A stretch of 64,000 nt of DNA from Felis catus. Lineage: Eukaryota. Shown here in pieces: positions 40,266 through 52,890 of this stretch. The stretch is taken from positions 108,626,001 through 108,690,000 of the forward strand of contig NC_058368.1 in the NCBI RefSeq assembly GCF_018350175.1, in the 5' to 3' direction. The position numbers and the translations under genes are program-made. Numbering within the stretch: position 1 is the first letter of the stretch; each line of letters opens with the position of its first letter. The notes below the pieces were generated by a model that saw only the letters and a list, made by a program, of their open reading frames with translations, was not told the origin of the DNA and searched no databases.

Positions 40266-42044
40266 AATTATACATTTGGTAGAATTCACCAGTGAAGTCA
40301 TCTGGTCTCTTAATTGCCAGAGATTTTTTATTACTGATTCAATCTCCTTGCTTTTTGTCTGTTCAGATTTTTTATTACTTAATTTTTCAGTCTAGGTAAG
40401 TTTCTATCTGTTTCTAGGAATTTATCCTTATATTTAAGTTATCTAATTTGTTTATGTATAATTACTCATGGTACTGTTATGTTCCTTTGTATTTCTGTGG
40501 TATGAACTGTAATGTCTCCTCTTTCATTATAATTTTATTAATTGGAGTAATCTTTCTTTCTTTTTAAAAGTTTATTTATTTATTTTGAGAGAGAGAGAGA
40601 AAGAGAGAGGTAGAGGGAGAGATCAGAGAGAGAATCCCAAGCAGGTTCCACACTGCCAGTACAGAGCCCCACACAGGGCTTGAACTCACAAACTGATTAG
40701 GACCTGAGTCAAAATAAAGAGTTGGGCACTTAAATGACTGAGCCACCCAGGCACCCCTCTTTCTTTCTTAAACTGGACAAAAGTTTTTCAATTGTTTATC
40801 TTTTAATAAAACTAACTCTTAGTTTTGTTAATGATTCCTACTGTCTTTCTAATCTCTATTTCATTTATTTCTTCTTTAATTTTTATTTCCTTCCTTCTGC
40901 TAACTTTGGACTTTGTTCTTTTTCTAGTTCCTTGCAGTATAAGGTTACGTTGCTTATTTGAGACCTTAATTTTTTCTTAAGGACAGTATTTATCACTATA
41001 ATGTTCTCTCTTGGGTTACTTTTGCAGCATCCCTTAAGTTTTGGTATGTTGTGTTTCCATTTTCATTTGTCTCAAGATATTTTTGGTATCTCTTTTGATT
41101 TCTTCTTTGACTCATTAGTTGCTCACAAATGTGTTAATTTTCACATATATGTGAATGTTCTCCCTTTCCCTTTTTTTAAGTGTCTTTATTTTGAGAGAAA
41201 GAGAGAAGGAGCATGAGTGGTGGAAGGACAGAGAGAATCCCAAGCAGTCTCTGATAGTTCAGACATGGGGCTCAAACCCATGGACCATGAGATCATGAGC
41301 TGAGTCAAAACCTAGAGTCAGTAGCTTAACTGACAGAGCCACCCAGACACCCTCCCCCCTTTCCTTCTGTTACAAATTTTTAGTGTCATGCTAATGTGTT
41401 CAGAAAAGATATTTGATATAATTTAAATCTTTTTAAATTTGGTAAGACTTGTTTTGTGCCACAACATGTAATCTATCCTAGAGCATGTTCCATGTACACT
41501 GAGAAGAATGTGGACTCTATTGTTAAATGAAATGTTATGTCTGTTAGGTCCATTTGGTCTAAAGTGTTGTCCAAATCCATTATTTCCTCCATGATTTTCT
41601 CTCTGGATCATCTATTCATTGTTGAATAATAGGGTATTGAAGTATTCTACTATTATTGCATTGTTGTGTATTTCTGACTCGAGACCTGTTAATGATTATT
41701 TAATATAATTAAGTGCTTCAGTATTGTGTCTGTATATATTTAACTTGTTATATACTCTTGATGAATTGACCCCTTTATCATTATGTAATAACATTGTCTG
41801 TTACTACAGCTTTTAACTTAAAATCTATTTAGTCTGATAAAAGTATACCTGTTATCATCAGGAGTATACTCCTGTTCTCTTCTAATTTCCATTTCCATGG
41901 AATAATTTTTTTCCATTCTTTCACTTTAAGCTTAATTGTCTTTAAAGCTTAAGTGAGTCTCTTGTAGGCAGCATATAGTTGCGCTATTTTTTATTCCCCC
42001 ACTTTATGTCTTTTAAATGAAGAATTTTAATCATGTAAAGTAAT

Positions 42045-42263
42045 TTTTTTTATTTTTTTTAACGTTTATTTATTTTTGAGACAGAGAGAGACAGAGCATG
42101 AACAGGGGAGGGGCAGAGAGAGAGGGAGACACAGAATCGGAAGCAGACTCCAGGCTCTGAGCCATCAGCCCAGAGCCCGACGCGGGGCTCGAACTCACAG
42201 ACCGTGAGATCGTGACCTGAGCTGAAGTCAGACGCTTAACCGACTGAGCCACCCAGGCGCCCC
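42045..42263 (-). mobile_element. Young felid Can-SINE
   Basis: CpG-rich body ending gagccacccaggcgcccc. Confidence 0.95.
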
Positions 42264-43129
42264 TGAAGGAATTTTTGATAGGTAAGAACTTACTGATAGT
42301 AAGGACTATCATTTTTTAATTACTTTCTGATTATTCTATAGTTCCTTTGTTCCCTTCTTCCTCTCTTGCTGTCTTTCTTTATGAACGAATGATCTTTTTA
42401 AAATGTTTTTAAATGTTTTATTTATTTTTGAGAGAGAGACAGACTGCAGGTAGGGGAGGGGCAGAGAGAGAGAGACACAGATTCTGAAGCAGGCTCCAGG
42501 CTCTGAGCTGTCAGCACAAAGCCTGATGCGGGTTTCGAATTCATGAACTGTGAGATCATGACCTGAGCTGAAGTCGGATGCTCAACGGACTGGGCCACTC
42601 AGGTGCCCCTCTTTATGAATGGATGATTTTTATAGTGGTATGCCTTGATTCTTTTCTCTTTATCATTTGTGAGTCTCTTAAAGATTTTGGCTTTGGGATT
42701 ACCATAGGGCTTTCAAAATACTTGTAATAGTCTATTTTAAGATGATAACAAATCAACTGCACAAAAATATTCTACTCCCCACCTCCACATATGTTTTATG
42801 TTTTTGGTGTCCAAATTTACTTCTTTTTATATGTTATATTTCCTTCTTTTCTATAACTCTTCAATCTATTCCAATCTGGTTTGCCTGTCACCAGTCCACT
42901 AAAATTATTCATGCTAGAGTCATTGGTTTCCTTCTTGATTGTGAATGCAACTGACTTTTAAAAAACTAACACATTTTTTAGAGAAGTTTGAGGTTCACAG
43001 AAGAATTGAGCAAAATGCATAGAGTTCCCATATACCCCTTGACCGTACTCATGCACAATCTCCCTCATTTAATGTACTGCAACACAGTGTTACATTTATT
43101 AGGATAGATAAACTTATACTGGCATATTA

Positions 43130-44876
43130 TTTTCCTTCTCCTTGAAGAACTTCCCTTAATATTTCTTAAAAGGAAGGCCTACTGGCAACAAATTATAAAT
43201 TTTTGTTTGTCTGAGAAAATCTTTAATTGTCCTTCATTTTTGAAGGAGAATTTCACAAGGTATAGAATTCTAGCTTGGTTTTTTTCTCTCAGCACTTTAA
43301 ATATTTCACTTCAGTCTTTTATTTCTTAATAATTTCTAAGGAGAGGTCTGTAATGCTTACCTTTGCTCTTCTATAAGTAAGGTGTTTTTCTCCCTCTGGC
43401 TTCTTTAAAAAATTTTTTCTTTCTCTTTGATTTTCTGATGTTTGAATATAATAAATCTAGATGTAGTTTTGGGGGCATTTATCCTGCGTGGTATTCTGTG
43501 AACTTCCTGAATCTATGATTTGGTATCTGACAATAATTTTGGGAAATTCTGACTCATTATTGCTTCAAATGTTGCTTTTGTTCCTTTTTCTGTTTCTTTT
43601 CTTTCTGGAATTCCAATTATGTGTATGTCACACCTTTTGTAGTTGTTTCACAGTTCTTGAATAGTCTGGTTTTTGTTTTGTTTTGTTTTGTTTTGTTTTG
43701 TTTTGTTTTGTTTTGTTTTGTCTTTTTTCTCTTTGCTTTTCAGTTTTGGAAGTTTCTTCGGTCATATCCTCAAACTTAGGTATTCTTTCCTAAGTTGTGT
43801 CCAGTCTACTAATGAGTCCATCAAAGGCATTCTTTATTCTTGCTATAGTATTTTTAATCTCTAGCATTTCCTTTTTGATCTTTCTTAGGACATCGATCTT
43901 TGTGTTTATATTATTCATCTGTTCTTGCATGTTGTCTACTTTTTACTATAATGTCCTTAGCATATTAATCATAGTTATTTAAAAATTCTGGTCTGATAAT
44001 TCTAATACTACTGCCACATTTGACTCTGATTCTGATGTTTATTCAGTCTCTCAAACTTTTTTTTGCCTTTTAATATGCCTTGTAATTTTTTTCTAAAAGG
44101 TAGACAAGATGTACTGGTTAATAGGAACTGTGGTAAATAGGCCTATAGTAATGTAGTGGTAAGATGTGGGGGAAGGGGAAGCAGTCATAGGGCTGTCAGG
44201 ACGTCTTTTTTGTTTATTGTTTAGCCTGTGCTTCTGGATGGTAAAATTCACCAGTGTTTCTTGGTTCTCACACCTCCTTAGGTGGGACAGCACAGCTAGA
44301 GAGAGGTGTAGTTGTGTATTTCCTGTTTTTTTTTAAGTTTATTCATTTTGAGAGAGAGACAGAGCAAGGGTGCACACGTGTTGGGGAGGGGCAGAGAGAG
44401 AGGGAGAGAGAGAATCCCAAGCAGGATCTGCACTGTCAGTGCAGAGTCCCATGAGGGGCTTGAACTCACAAACTGTGAGCTCATGACCTCAGCTGAAATC
44501 AAAAGTTGGACCCTTAACCAAATGAACTATCCAGGCTCCCCTGTAGTTGGGTATTTCCATTCCCCCATGTGGAAGTTAGAGGACGCTAGAATTGGAGTAT
44601 TTTTCTTTCCTCATTTGAAAAAGCAGAGCTGGCTGGAGTTGGGTACTTCCCTTCCCCCAGGTAGGATAGCCTCTGCTAAAATACCAGCAAATTAGGCTCT
44701 GGTAAAATATTTTCTTCTGATGGAAGGCTTTGTTAAGAACAAAATACTCCAGGGGCACCTGGGTGGCTCAGCTGGTTAAGCAAACGACTCTTGATTTTGG
44801 TTCAGGACATGATCTCAAGGTTTGTGGGATCAGGTTTCATGCTGGGCTCCATGCTGAGCATGGAGCCTGCTTGAGA

Positions 44877-44932
<56 letters not shown>

Positions 44933-45480
44933 CTCTCCCCTGCTTGCAGTCTCTTTCTCTCAAAATAAATAAAACATTTTTAAAAAACATTAAAAAAGAA
45001 CAAAAAAGAACATAATATTCTAGTGTATTTCCAAATGGTTCTTTTTCCCTTCTCACTACTAAAAGCATGAGGGGATTTTTCTTTGATATTTACTGTGAGG
45101 ACTTGGTAGAGGTCCCTCCTAGAGGTAAAATTCATAAAATTATTGAGGCCCCCTGATGACTGTGTTCCTCTTTAGTTTTTAACTCTCAGTGTTGTCCTCA
45201 GTGAGCCTCCAGCAACTCACCAATCACACTAGCACTGGTTCCCATTCCAGCACTGGTTCTCAGGGAAGTTTCTGTTCACACATTTCTGTTCCAGTAAGTC
45301 ATGATTCTCTATATCCACTGACCTGTCTTTCCAAGTTTTACTGCAGCACTTTAGCCTATGACCTTATTTTTCTGACATGCCTAAAAAGAGTTGTTGATTT
45401 TTCACTTTGTTCAGCTTTTTACTTGTTAGGACAGAGAGATGACTTCTAAGTTCCTTACATGCTAGACCAGAAATTTGAAG
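43130..45480 (-). mobile_element. Old L1 5'/ORF1-region remnant with SINEs (about 44325-44541, 44752-45000) and (TTTTG)n at 43671-43720
   Basis: Antisense ORF1-type motifs (tttgtttgtctgagaaaatct, gggaaattctgactcattatt, gtccagtctactaatgag). Confidence 0.7.
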
Positions 45481-46034
45481 TCCTCCAATTTTATAAAGTT
45501 CTTTATAACACTGGGATTCCAAGCAACATTCAGCATTGTTAACCACTCCCTCTTTTAGGAGTAAATGCTCTCCTCTCTTGTCTTCTATGATACCATATTC
45601 TGTTTATTTCCCTCCTTTTCTCTGTCCATTCTTACTTTTGTACCTGACCATAAAGCTTTCCAAGGAGTGATACTGGACTCTTGTCTCTTCCTCACTTGAT
45701 AGATACTCATTCTTTCTAATGTGCTTTCATCTATTTCTATGAATTTAAAACACTGTACACTTCTTTTCTGTCCTAACCTGCAGAGTTGTAGCCAATGGTC
45801 CTTCCAACATTTTCATTTTCAGGTGCCCTCAAACTTCCTGCCTTTCCTATCACAGTAAATAGCACCTTTATCCACCAAAGCTGGTTAAGACAGAATCCTA
45901 GATGTCTTTTTTGACACCTCTCATTCCTTTACCCTCTATATCCGATTCTTGAACTCTACAGGCATAATTATCTTGAATCCATGCTTATTTTTCCATCTCT
46001 CCTACAAAAAACCCTAGTCAAAGTCACCACAATC

Positions 46035-46230
46035 TTTTTTTTTTTTTTTTAATGTTTACTTTTGAGAGATTGCGTTCAGGGGAGGGACAGAGAGAGAGGG
46101 AGACAGAGGATCCAAAGTGGGCTCTGCACTGACAGCAGACAGCCTGATGTAGGGCTTGAATTCACAAATCACGAGATCATGACCTGAGCCCAAATTGGAT
46201 GCTTAACTGACTGAGCCACCTACGCGCCCC
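46035..46230 (-). mobile_element. Can-SINE
   Basis: Flanking repeat aaag(t/c)caccacaatctt. Confidence 0.93.
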
Positions 46231-46951
46231 AAAGCCACCACAATCTTGCACCTAAAATATCTGCAACTTCATACTACGGAGTCTTCCTACTGACAGTCTT
46301 GCCCTTTTGCAATTTTATCCCCAATGTATACAATGACAGTAAAGTGTAGTGTAAAGAATACAGGAATAGATCCAGAAACACCTGCCACAAACTCTTCAAA
46401 CATACTAATTAATATCTAGATCTCATTTTTCTCAGCTATAAAATGGGTGGAAACAAAATAAAACAAAACAAAAACTTAGGTGATAGGAATGCTATAAGGA
46501 AAAGATACAATTTATAAAAAAGTGCTTAGAATAATGCTTAGCATTGAATACTCACTCAAATAGTAGCTCTATTACATACAAAACAAAATTCAATTTCCTC
46601 CCCAAAGACCTCTAGACTCTAGGACTAAAGTACTAATTCACAAATACTCCTCAGCAGAAAACACTGCTGTGGACATACAGCAAATGTCTTATTTTCACCT
46701 TAAATGAATGTTTAATAGGCATCCACTTACCCAAAAGGAATCTGGAAAATCTGTAAATTTCAATTCTCTTTCACTAAACCTATATAGAGTATATATTCAA
46801 GTAACAATAATATTAACTACTAAATTCAAAAAATATTTGAAATTATTGACTTAAATAACTGGAAAATAATTCCTATAAAACTGTTAGTTAAGAATATGCT
46901 CTATATTAATTAAATTTATGGTTTATGTAGTTATTCTGCTTTAATACTTGC

Positions 46952-47022
46952 TTTTTTCTTTGTTTTTTCAGGTGCTGAAGGGTAAGTTTTCTCGGCAAGT
47001 AAAACTTCACAAGCTGCATTAT
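46952..47022 (-). CDS. MEIKIN: MEIKIN coding exon, 71 nt, (D)NAACEVLLAEKTYPSAPEKTKKK; GC donor
   Basis: Minus strand ctttttctttacag|ATAATGCAGCT...AAGAAAAAA|gcaagt. The frame-preserving 3' boundary is a GC; resembles human DNAACEILLAEKTCPSTPEKTKKK (recalled). Confidence 0.9.
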
Positions 47023-48033
47023 CTGTAAAGAAAAAGATACTTCAATATTTTAATTATTTAACCTCTCCTTAACTATAAGTATAGAAAATAGAACTCAAAT
47101 TTGAAAAACAAAACCCTGATTTCAATGACTGCATCTCTGTAATAGTTTCAGAAGAAAAACTTAATATATGTTGAATAATCTGACTTGCTACAGATAAGAG
47201 TCCCAGGTTTCATAGGAGTAAATAAGCTCTATGTAAAATATTTACTTTTTAATTAATAGAGAAAGGTGTGTGTGATTAAAATTCTTCATTAATTATCCTT
47301 TCATTTCCATATTCCTGTATTTTCAGGCTCTCCTGAAACTTCTCTACTGCAACTTTTCTATCAACATTTAAAATATAGTCAGGACTCTTTGATCTTACCA
47401 AAAACTTTATCTGTACCCAATACCCCTTCATGCTATATCCCCTCTCTCCTCTTATCCACAGGCATGTCCACATATACTAACATAACTTCCTCTCCTCCTG
47501 TTTACTCCCAAACCCACAGCAATCTAATTTCAGGTACCACAAATATGAGCAGAAACCTTTCCTGCCCTACCTTATTGGACATTAGTACAACAAGCATGAA
47601 CATTTTCCCTCTGGTCCCTTTCATGGCTCCTACTCAGTCCTGACTCTTCTCTTTTTTTTCACTCTCCAGACTCAATCCAAAAAGCAACAAAAATCTTTTG
47701 ACTGTCTGCTTTCTGCCAATGTTACCTAGCATATGTACTTAATATGCAAATTTGGCTTTTCTTTATTCTTAACACTAATACCTTGCTTTAAGGCAACAAG
47801 AGATTTCCCTTCGGATTATTTCAGTAGTTTTTCAATTTAGCCCCTCTGTACTCCACTACCCCCGTTACATACCTAAAATACAAGTCTAATATCATCTGCT
47901 TAAAACTTTCCCAAGGCTTTCCACTGCATTCCAGTTAAAACTCAAGCTTTTTAACTTACCATATAAAATCCTGATTTTTGTGATGCCTGCCTATAATACA
48001 TATACATTCCCAGCCTCGTTGCAGAGGCTAATT

Positions 48034-48227
48034 AGGTTTCTAGATACAAATAGGATACCCATTTAAATTTGAATTTCAGATAAGCAAATAATTTTTTAGT
48101 ATAAGTATATGCCATGTAATAGTACAAGTATATACAATATTTGTGACATAATTATATTAAAAATTATTTATCTGAATTCAAAATTAACTGATCGTTCTGC
48201 ATCTTTACTTGCTAAATCTGGCAACCC
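48034..48227. mobile_element. MER53-like palindromic hAT MITE
   Basis: aaatttgaatttcagataa...ttatctgaattcaaaatt inverted arms; ends gctaaatctggcaaccct. Confidence 0.8.
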
Positions 48228-49057
48228 TTGAGACTAACCACTTCACTCATCTTCATCTCCTCAAGTAGAGGGAAGTAGTAGGTTTCAGAATTCTGTAAGA
48301 GATAAAATTGGTACCAAGGTTTGGTAATAGATTAAGTCTAAGAAGTAACAAAGAGGAAGGTGTCAAGAATGATCCCGATGTTTCCAGTCTGCTAAGCTAC
48401 ACTTGATAGATGGAAGACACTAGTGGAAGACCAGGTTAGGTCTTGGTTGTAACGATTCTCAGTCCTCAATTCCTGCTTTATTTATTCTCTTGGTAACTTT
48501 TGTTACAGCTACTTCTAAATGCTGAAGTGTTTCATTTACATTCTTTTTGCATGTTTGTTTTCTATGCCACTTCCTAGGTGATCTCATCTGATCCTATGGC
48601 TTTAAAATATTTATATTCTTGACTCCAGATATTTATTTATAGCTCCAGTCTCTGCCCTAAACTCCAGACTCCTGTATCACAAACTGCTCTCATTACATCT
48701 CTACTTGAAGGCTAATAAGTCTCTTAATGTTTTAATATTTTATTGAAGAACTCTACGTACACAATAGTAGGCACAAATCTTAAATATGTATGTATTCACC
48801 CATATAATCACCACCCAAATCAAGGTATAAAATATTCCAACATGTCAAAAGTTTCCTATATGGTCCTTCCCATTCAGCACCCCCTTTCCAAAGATTACCA
48901 CTATTCTTACTTCTACTACCCAAAATAGTCTTGCCTGTTCTTGAACTTCATATATATGGAATTACACAACACATACATGTTTTTGTCTGCATCATTTCAT
49001 GAAACATTAGGTACAGGAGTAGAGAGATAAAATTCAATGTTGAAATCAAATTATCTC

Positions 49058-49124
49058 TTTTTTTTAATATGAAATTTATTGTCAAATTGGTTTCCATACA
49101 ACACCCAGTGCTCATCCCAAAAGG
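49058..49124 (-). mobile_element. Very short (about 65 bp) young felid L1 3' end
   Basis: Reverse complement almost identical to the L1 end at about 22437-22495; imperfect flanking repeat gaaa(t/c)caaatt(a)(t)ctctt. Confidence 0.85.
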
Positions 49125-49305
49125 AAACCAAATTCTCTTCATCATCCTCCCAACTTGCTCTGTCCTCCAGTGCTTTCTCAAGAAATGATACCATCATTCA
49201 TCCACTTGCTTAAACCAATAATTTTAGACTCATCCTTGACATTTATTTTTCTCTTACCCAACATACAGATTAATCAGAAAATCCTAGTGCTTTGAAATAT
49301 ATTCC

Positions 49306-50890
49306 GGGGCACCTGGGTGGCTCAGTTGGTTAAGCATCCAACTTTGGTCAGGTCATGATCTCACAGTCCATGAGTTCGAGCCCTGCATTGGGCTCTGTGC
49401 TACCAGCTCAGAGCCTGGAGCCTGCATTGAATTTTGTGTCTACCTCTCTCTCTGCTCCTCCCTATTCATAATGTGTGTGTGTCTCTCTCTCAAAAATAAT
49501 AAAACACTAAAGACATATATGTATATATATATATTCCAAATCAGACCACTGCTACCATGTTAGTCTCATACCATTACCTGACCACTACAATAGTTTAACA
49601 GGGTCTCTTTGCCTTCTTAGTCTATCTCCACATAGCAGCCAGAGTGATTATTCTAAAATATGTATCCAAGGGGCACCTGGGTGGCTCAGTCACTTAAGTG
49701 TCTGACTTCAGCTCAGGTCATGATCTCGCAGTTCTTGAGTTCAAGCCCTATGTTGGGCTCTGTGCTGACAGCTCAGAACCTGGAGCCTGCTTCACATTCT
49801 GTGTCTCCCTCTTTCTCTGTCCCTCCCCCATTCATGCTCTGTCTCTCTCTGTCTCTCAAAAATAAATAAAAACATTTAAAAATTATAAAAAAAATATGGA
49901 TCCAATCACATCATCCCACTTCTCAGCACATTTAGAAGAGAATTCTTACTCCTTACGATGGCATAGGAGACTCTACATTATACCACTTGACTAGCCCTCA
50001 ACACAACTGCAGTCATTCATTTTTTTAAAACTCATTTTGCTCCAGTCATACAAACCTCTTTTCGCTTATTCAAACGTGCTGCGCTCATTCCCATCTTAGG
50101 ACCTTTTCTCTTGTTGTTCCCTTTGCCGGCATACTCTATCACAGATTTTCACATGACCCACATTCAAGCTCTGTACAAATATCATCTCCTCAGAGATGCT
50201 TATCCTAGAGACTTTTAAATACAGAGAACAAACTGAGAGTGGAAGGGGGTGCGGGCAGGGAAAATGAGTGATGGGCAGTGAGGAGGACACTTAATGGGGT
50301 AAGCACTAGGTGTTTTATGTAAGTGATGAGTCACAAGAATCTACTCCCAAAGCCAAGAGCACACCATATACACTGTATGTTAGCTAACTTGACAATAAAT
50401 TATATAAAAAAATAAAAAAATTAAATAAAATTTAAAAATACAATAAAATAGTATCCCTTGGGCGCCTGGGTGGCTCAGGTGGTTGAGGGTCCAACTCTTG
50501 ATCTTGGCTCAGGTCATGATCTTGTGGTTCATGGGATCAAGCCCCATGTCTGGATGTGCACGGATAGGATGGAGCCTGCTTGGGATTCTCTCTCTCCTTC
50601 TCTCTCTGCCTCTCCCCTGCTCACACACTCTCTCTCAAAATAAATAAATCAACTTAAAAAAAAATCATAAAATGGGGCACCTGGGTGGCCCAGTCAGTTA
50701 AGCGGCCGACTTCGGCTCAGGTCATGATCTCGCGGTCCGTGAGTTCGAGCCCCACATCGGGCTCTGTGCTGACAGCTCGGAGCCTGGAGCCTGTTTCAGA
50801 TTCTGTGTCTCCCTCTCTCTCTCTGACCCTCCCCCATTCATGCTCTGCCTCTCTCTGTCTCAAAAATAAACGTTAAAAAAAATTTAAAAA
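49306..50890 (+). mobile_element. Cluster of four Can-SINEs (about 49306-49500, 49671-49890, 50459-50672, 50674-50890) and an L1 3' end (about 50205-50440)
   Basis: Consensus bodies; the last SINE sits in the tail of the previous one with a repeated aaaaaatcataaaat. Confidence 0.9.
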
Positions 50891-52525
50891 AAATCATAAA
50901 ATAGCATCCCTACTCATACCCTGTTTTTACCCTGCTTTATTTTTATTCTAATATTGATGTATATTCATTTGTTTACCTGTTTATTATCTTTCTTCCTCCA
51001 CTATAGCAGCTCTGTTAGGGCAAGGACTCTGTCATGTTCCCCAGCAACTAAGAAACTTTGTGTCACAATGTAGGTGATTAAAGAATATTTGTTGAATTAA
51101 TGGAATTAATGAATGGTGTGATAAGTTATCCCTGAAACATCCAAGGGGAAATGTCCAGAAGGCAGCTACATATAAGGGTCTTATTCTCAGAAGAAAGTCT
51201 AGATTGAGAGAAAACTTGGAGACCCTGCTTTTTATAGAACACCTGTACATATTAGGGGTAAATTTTAAAAAGATTAAAATCTAGGAACTGGCCTTGAAGA
51301 ACTTCCACATTTAATGGCTAATAGTGGCAGATTAGATTGCAAAGGAGACTGTGCAGGAGTTACCTGGGAAGTAGTTACCTGTTTATGTTTGTCTCTATGA
51401 CTAGACAACTTTCTAACACTTAGTAAAGAACGTGACATAGGAACACAGTTGGATTTGTTGAACTAAGGAAGTAAAAAGTAATTCTTGAGTAAGATGTCAT
51501 TTAATTTTAAATTTCAAGTTAATCAACCACATAGAAGTAAGAATACAAAAGCATACATAATTCCAGAATCACTGTTCTGACTCACTATCAGGCTTTATAA
51601 ATAGTATTTTCCACAGCCAAAGAAAACTTTTTATTGGGCAAGACCTAAGTAAAATCATGATTGCTTTTGGAACCCTTACTACTTTCACTTTGATAGCCTC
51701 TCTTCTCTTGTTCACAAGCTCCCTTACTCTTAGATTTATACAAAAATTCCTCTTCTAATTCTCACCCTCCAGCGTAGTAGATGCTACTCCTTTGAAAGAT
51801 GGGTGCTTTTACAAGTTTATTTTTTATCACTTGATTAATTTCCCTTAAAAGAGCAACTATTTTTATCATTTTTATACCCAGAAATCCTAACATAATACTT
51901 GACATTTAGAAAATACTCAGTAGCAGTATTTCTCAAAGTGAAAATGATGCAAAAAACTATTTTTTTCTTTTAGTTCATACAAACTTGCCTATTAAGAGTA
52001 AAACCAGCAATTCTTTGTTTACCCACAAATAAATGCTGTAAAACTTGATTCAGGAAATAAAAATGGAAATCTGAGATACAGCATGAATTAATAAGGTTGG
52101 AAATGTCTAAGTTTATTCCAATAATAGACTAAATTATAGAGTGCCTATAATGCAAGACACTGTGTTTATCCTTTTATTTTCAATCATCACACATAATTGC
52201 AATATAAATGTTTACTGATTATCTTCCTCTCCCATGACTGAAACTTAGGAGGCAAGGATTTAATACTACTCTTTACTGGTATATATAGCAACACCTAATA
52301 CAGAGTATATACTCAGTAAATGTTCATGAAATGAATTAATAACGGATATTTTAGTGATAGTTAAAGACACACATATCTAACTTCACATATCTTCATTTTT
52401 TAAAATATAACCAAGCTAAAAAGCACTCCGTTTCCTGGGCTACCAATTTTCTAAAAATACACTGCATTATCACAAAAATAAAGAAATACAGAATTATGAA
52501 AATGATTAGTTTCACTGTTTATTAC

Positions 52526-52590
52526 CTGATTCTGAATGCAAAGTACTCTTTGGTTTCTGAGAAATATTTTGGTCGGTTAATGTCATCACT
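52526..52590 (-). CDS. MEIKIN: MEIKIN coding exon, 65 nt, (I)VMTLTDQNISQKPKSTLHSES(D)
   Basis: Minus strand ttcctattatag|AGTGATGACA...GAATCAG|gtaata; phase 2 in and phase 1 out fit both neighbours; resembles human VMTVADQNVSPKAKCASNSES (recalled). Confidence 0.92.
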
Positions 52591-52676
52591 CTATAATAGG
52601 AACAAATTAATGATTAGTCTCAATTTTTCAGTAACTGTAGAGAATCCTCAAATAATCTTTACAATAATAACATTAA

Positions 52677-52890
52677 AATTTTTTTTAATGTTTATTTATT
52701 TTTGACAGAGACAGAGACAGAATGCATGTGGGTTAGGGGCAGAGAGAGAGGGAGACACAGAATCCGAAGCAGGTTCTAGGCTCTGAGCTGTCAGCACAGA
52801 GCCCGATGCAGGGCTCGAACTCACAAGCTGTGAGATCATGACCTGAGCCGAAGTCAGGATGCTCAAATGACTGAGCCACCCAGGCGTCCC
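52677..52890 (-). mobile_element. Can-SINE about 85 nt upstream of a MEIKIN acceptor
   Basis: TSD tacaataataacatt on both sides. Confidence 0.93.

Larger units (their letters stand above)
30840..42835 (-). mobile_element. Long older L1 (antisense ORF2 and 3' UTR) interrupted by an LTR, several SINEs and a 5.4-kb L1
   Basis: Minus-strand ORF2 fragments (31993-32328, 34081-34278, 41423-41611); resumes across the insert (aattcttctttaaacattt // catttggtagaattcaccagtg). Confidence 0.88.

Noticed and set aside
46961..46987. Plus-strand 10-nt micro-exon pattern ttttttcag|GTGCTGAAGG|gtaagt
   Set aside because: It is the antisense of the Lys-rich MEIKIN exon, which explains the T-tract. No partner plus-strand exons were found.
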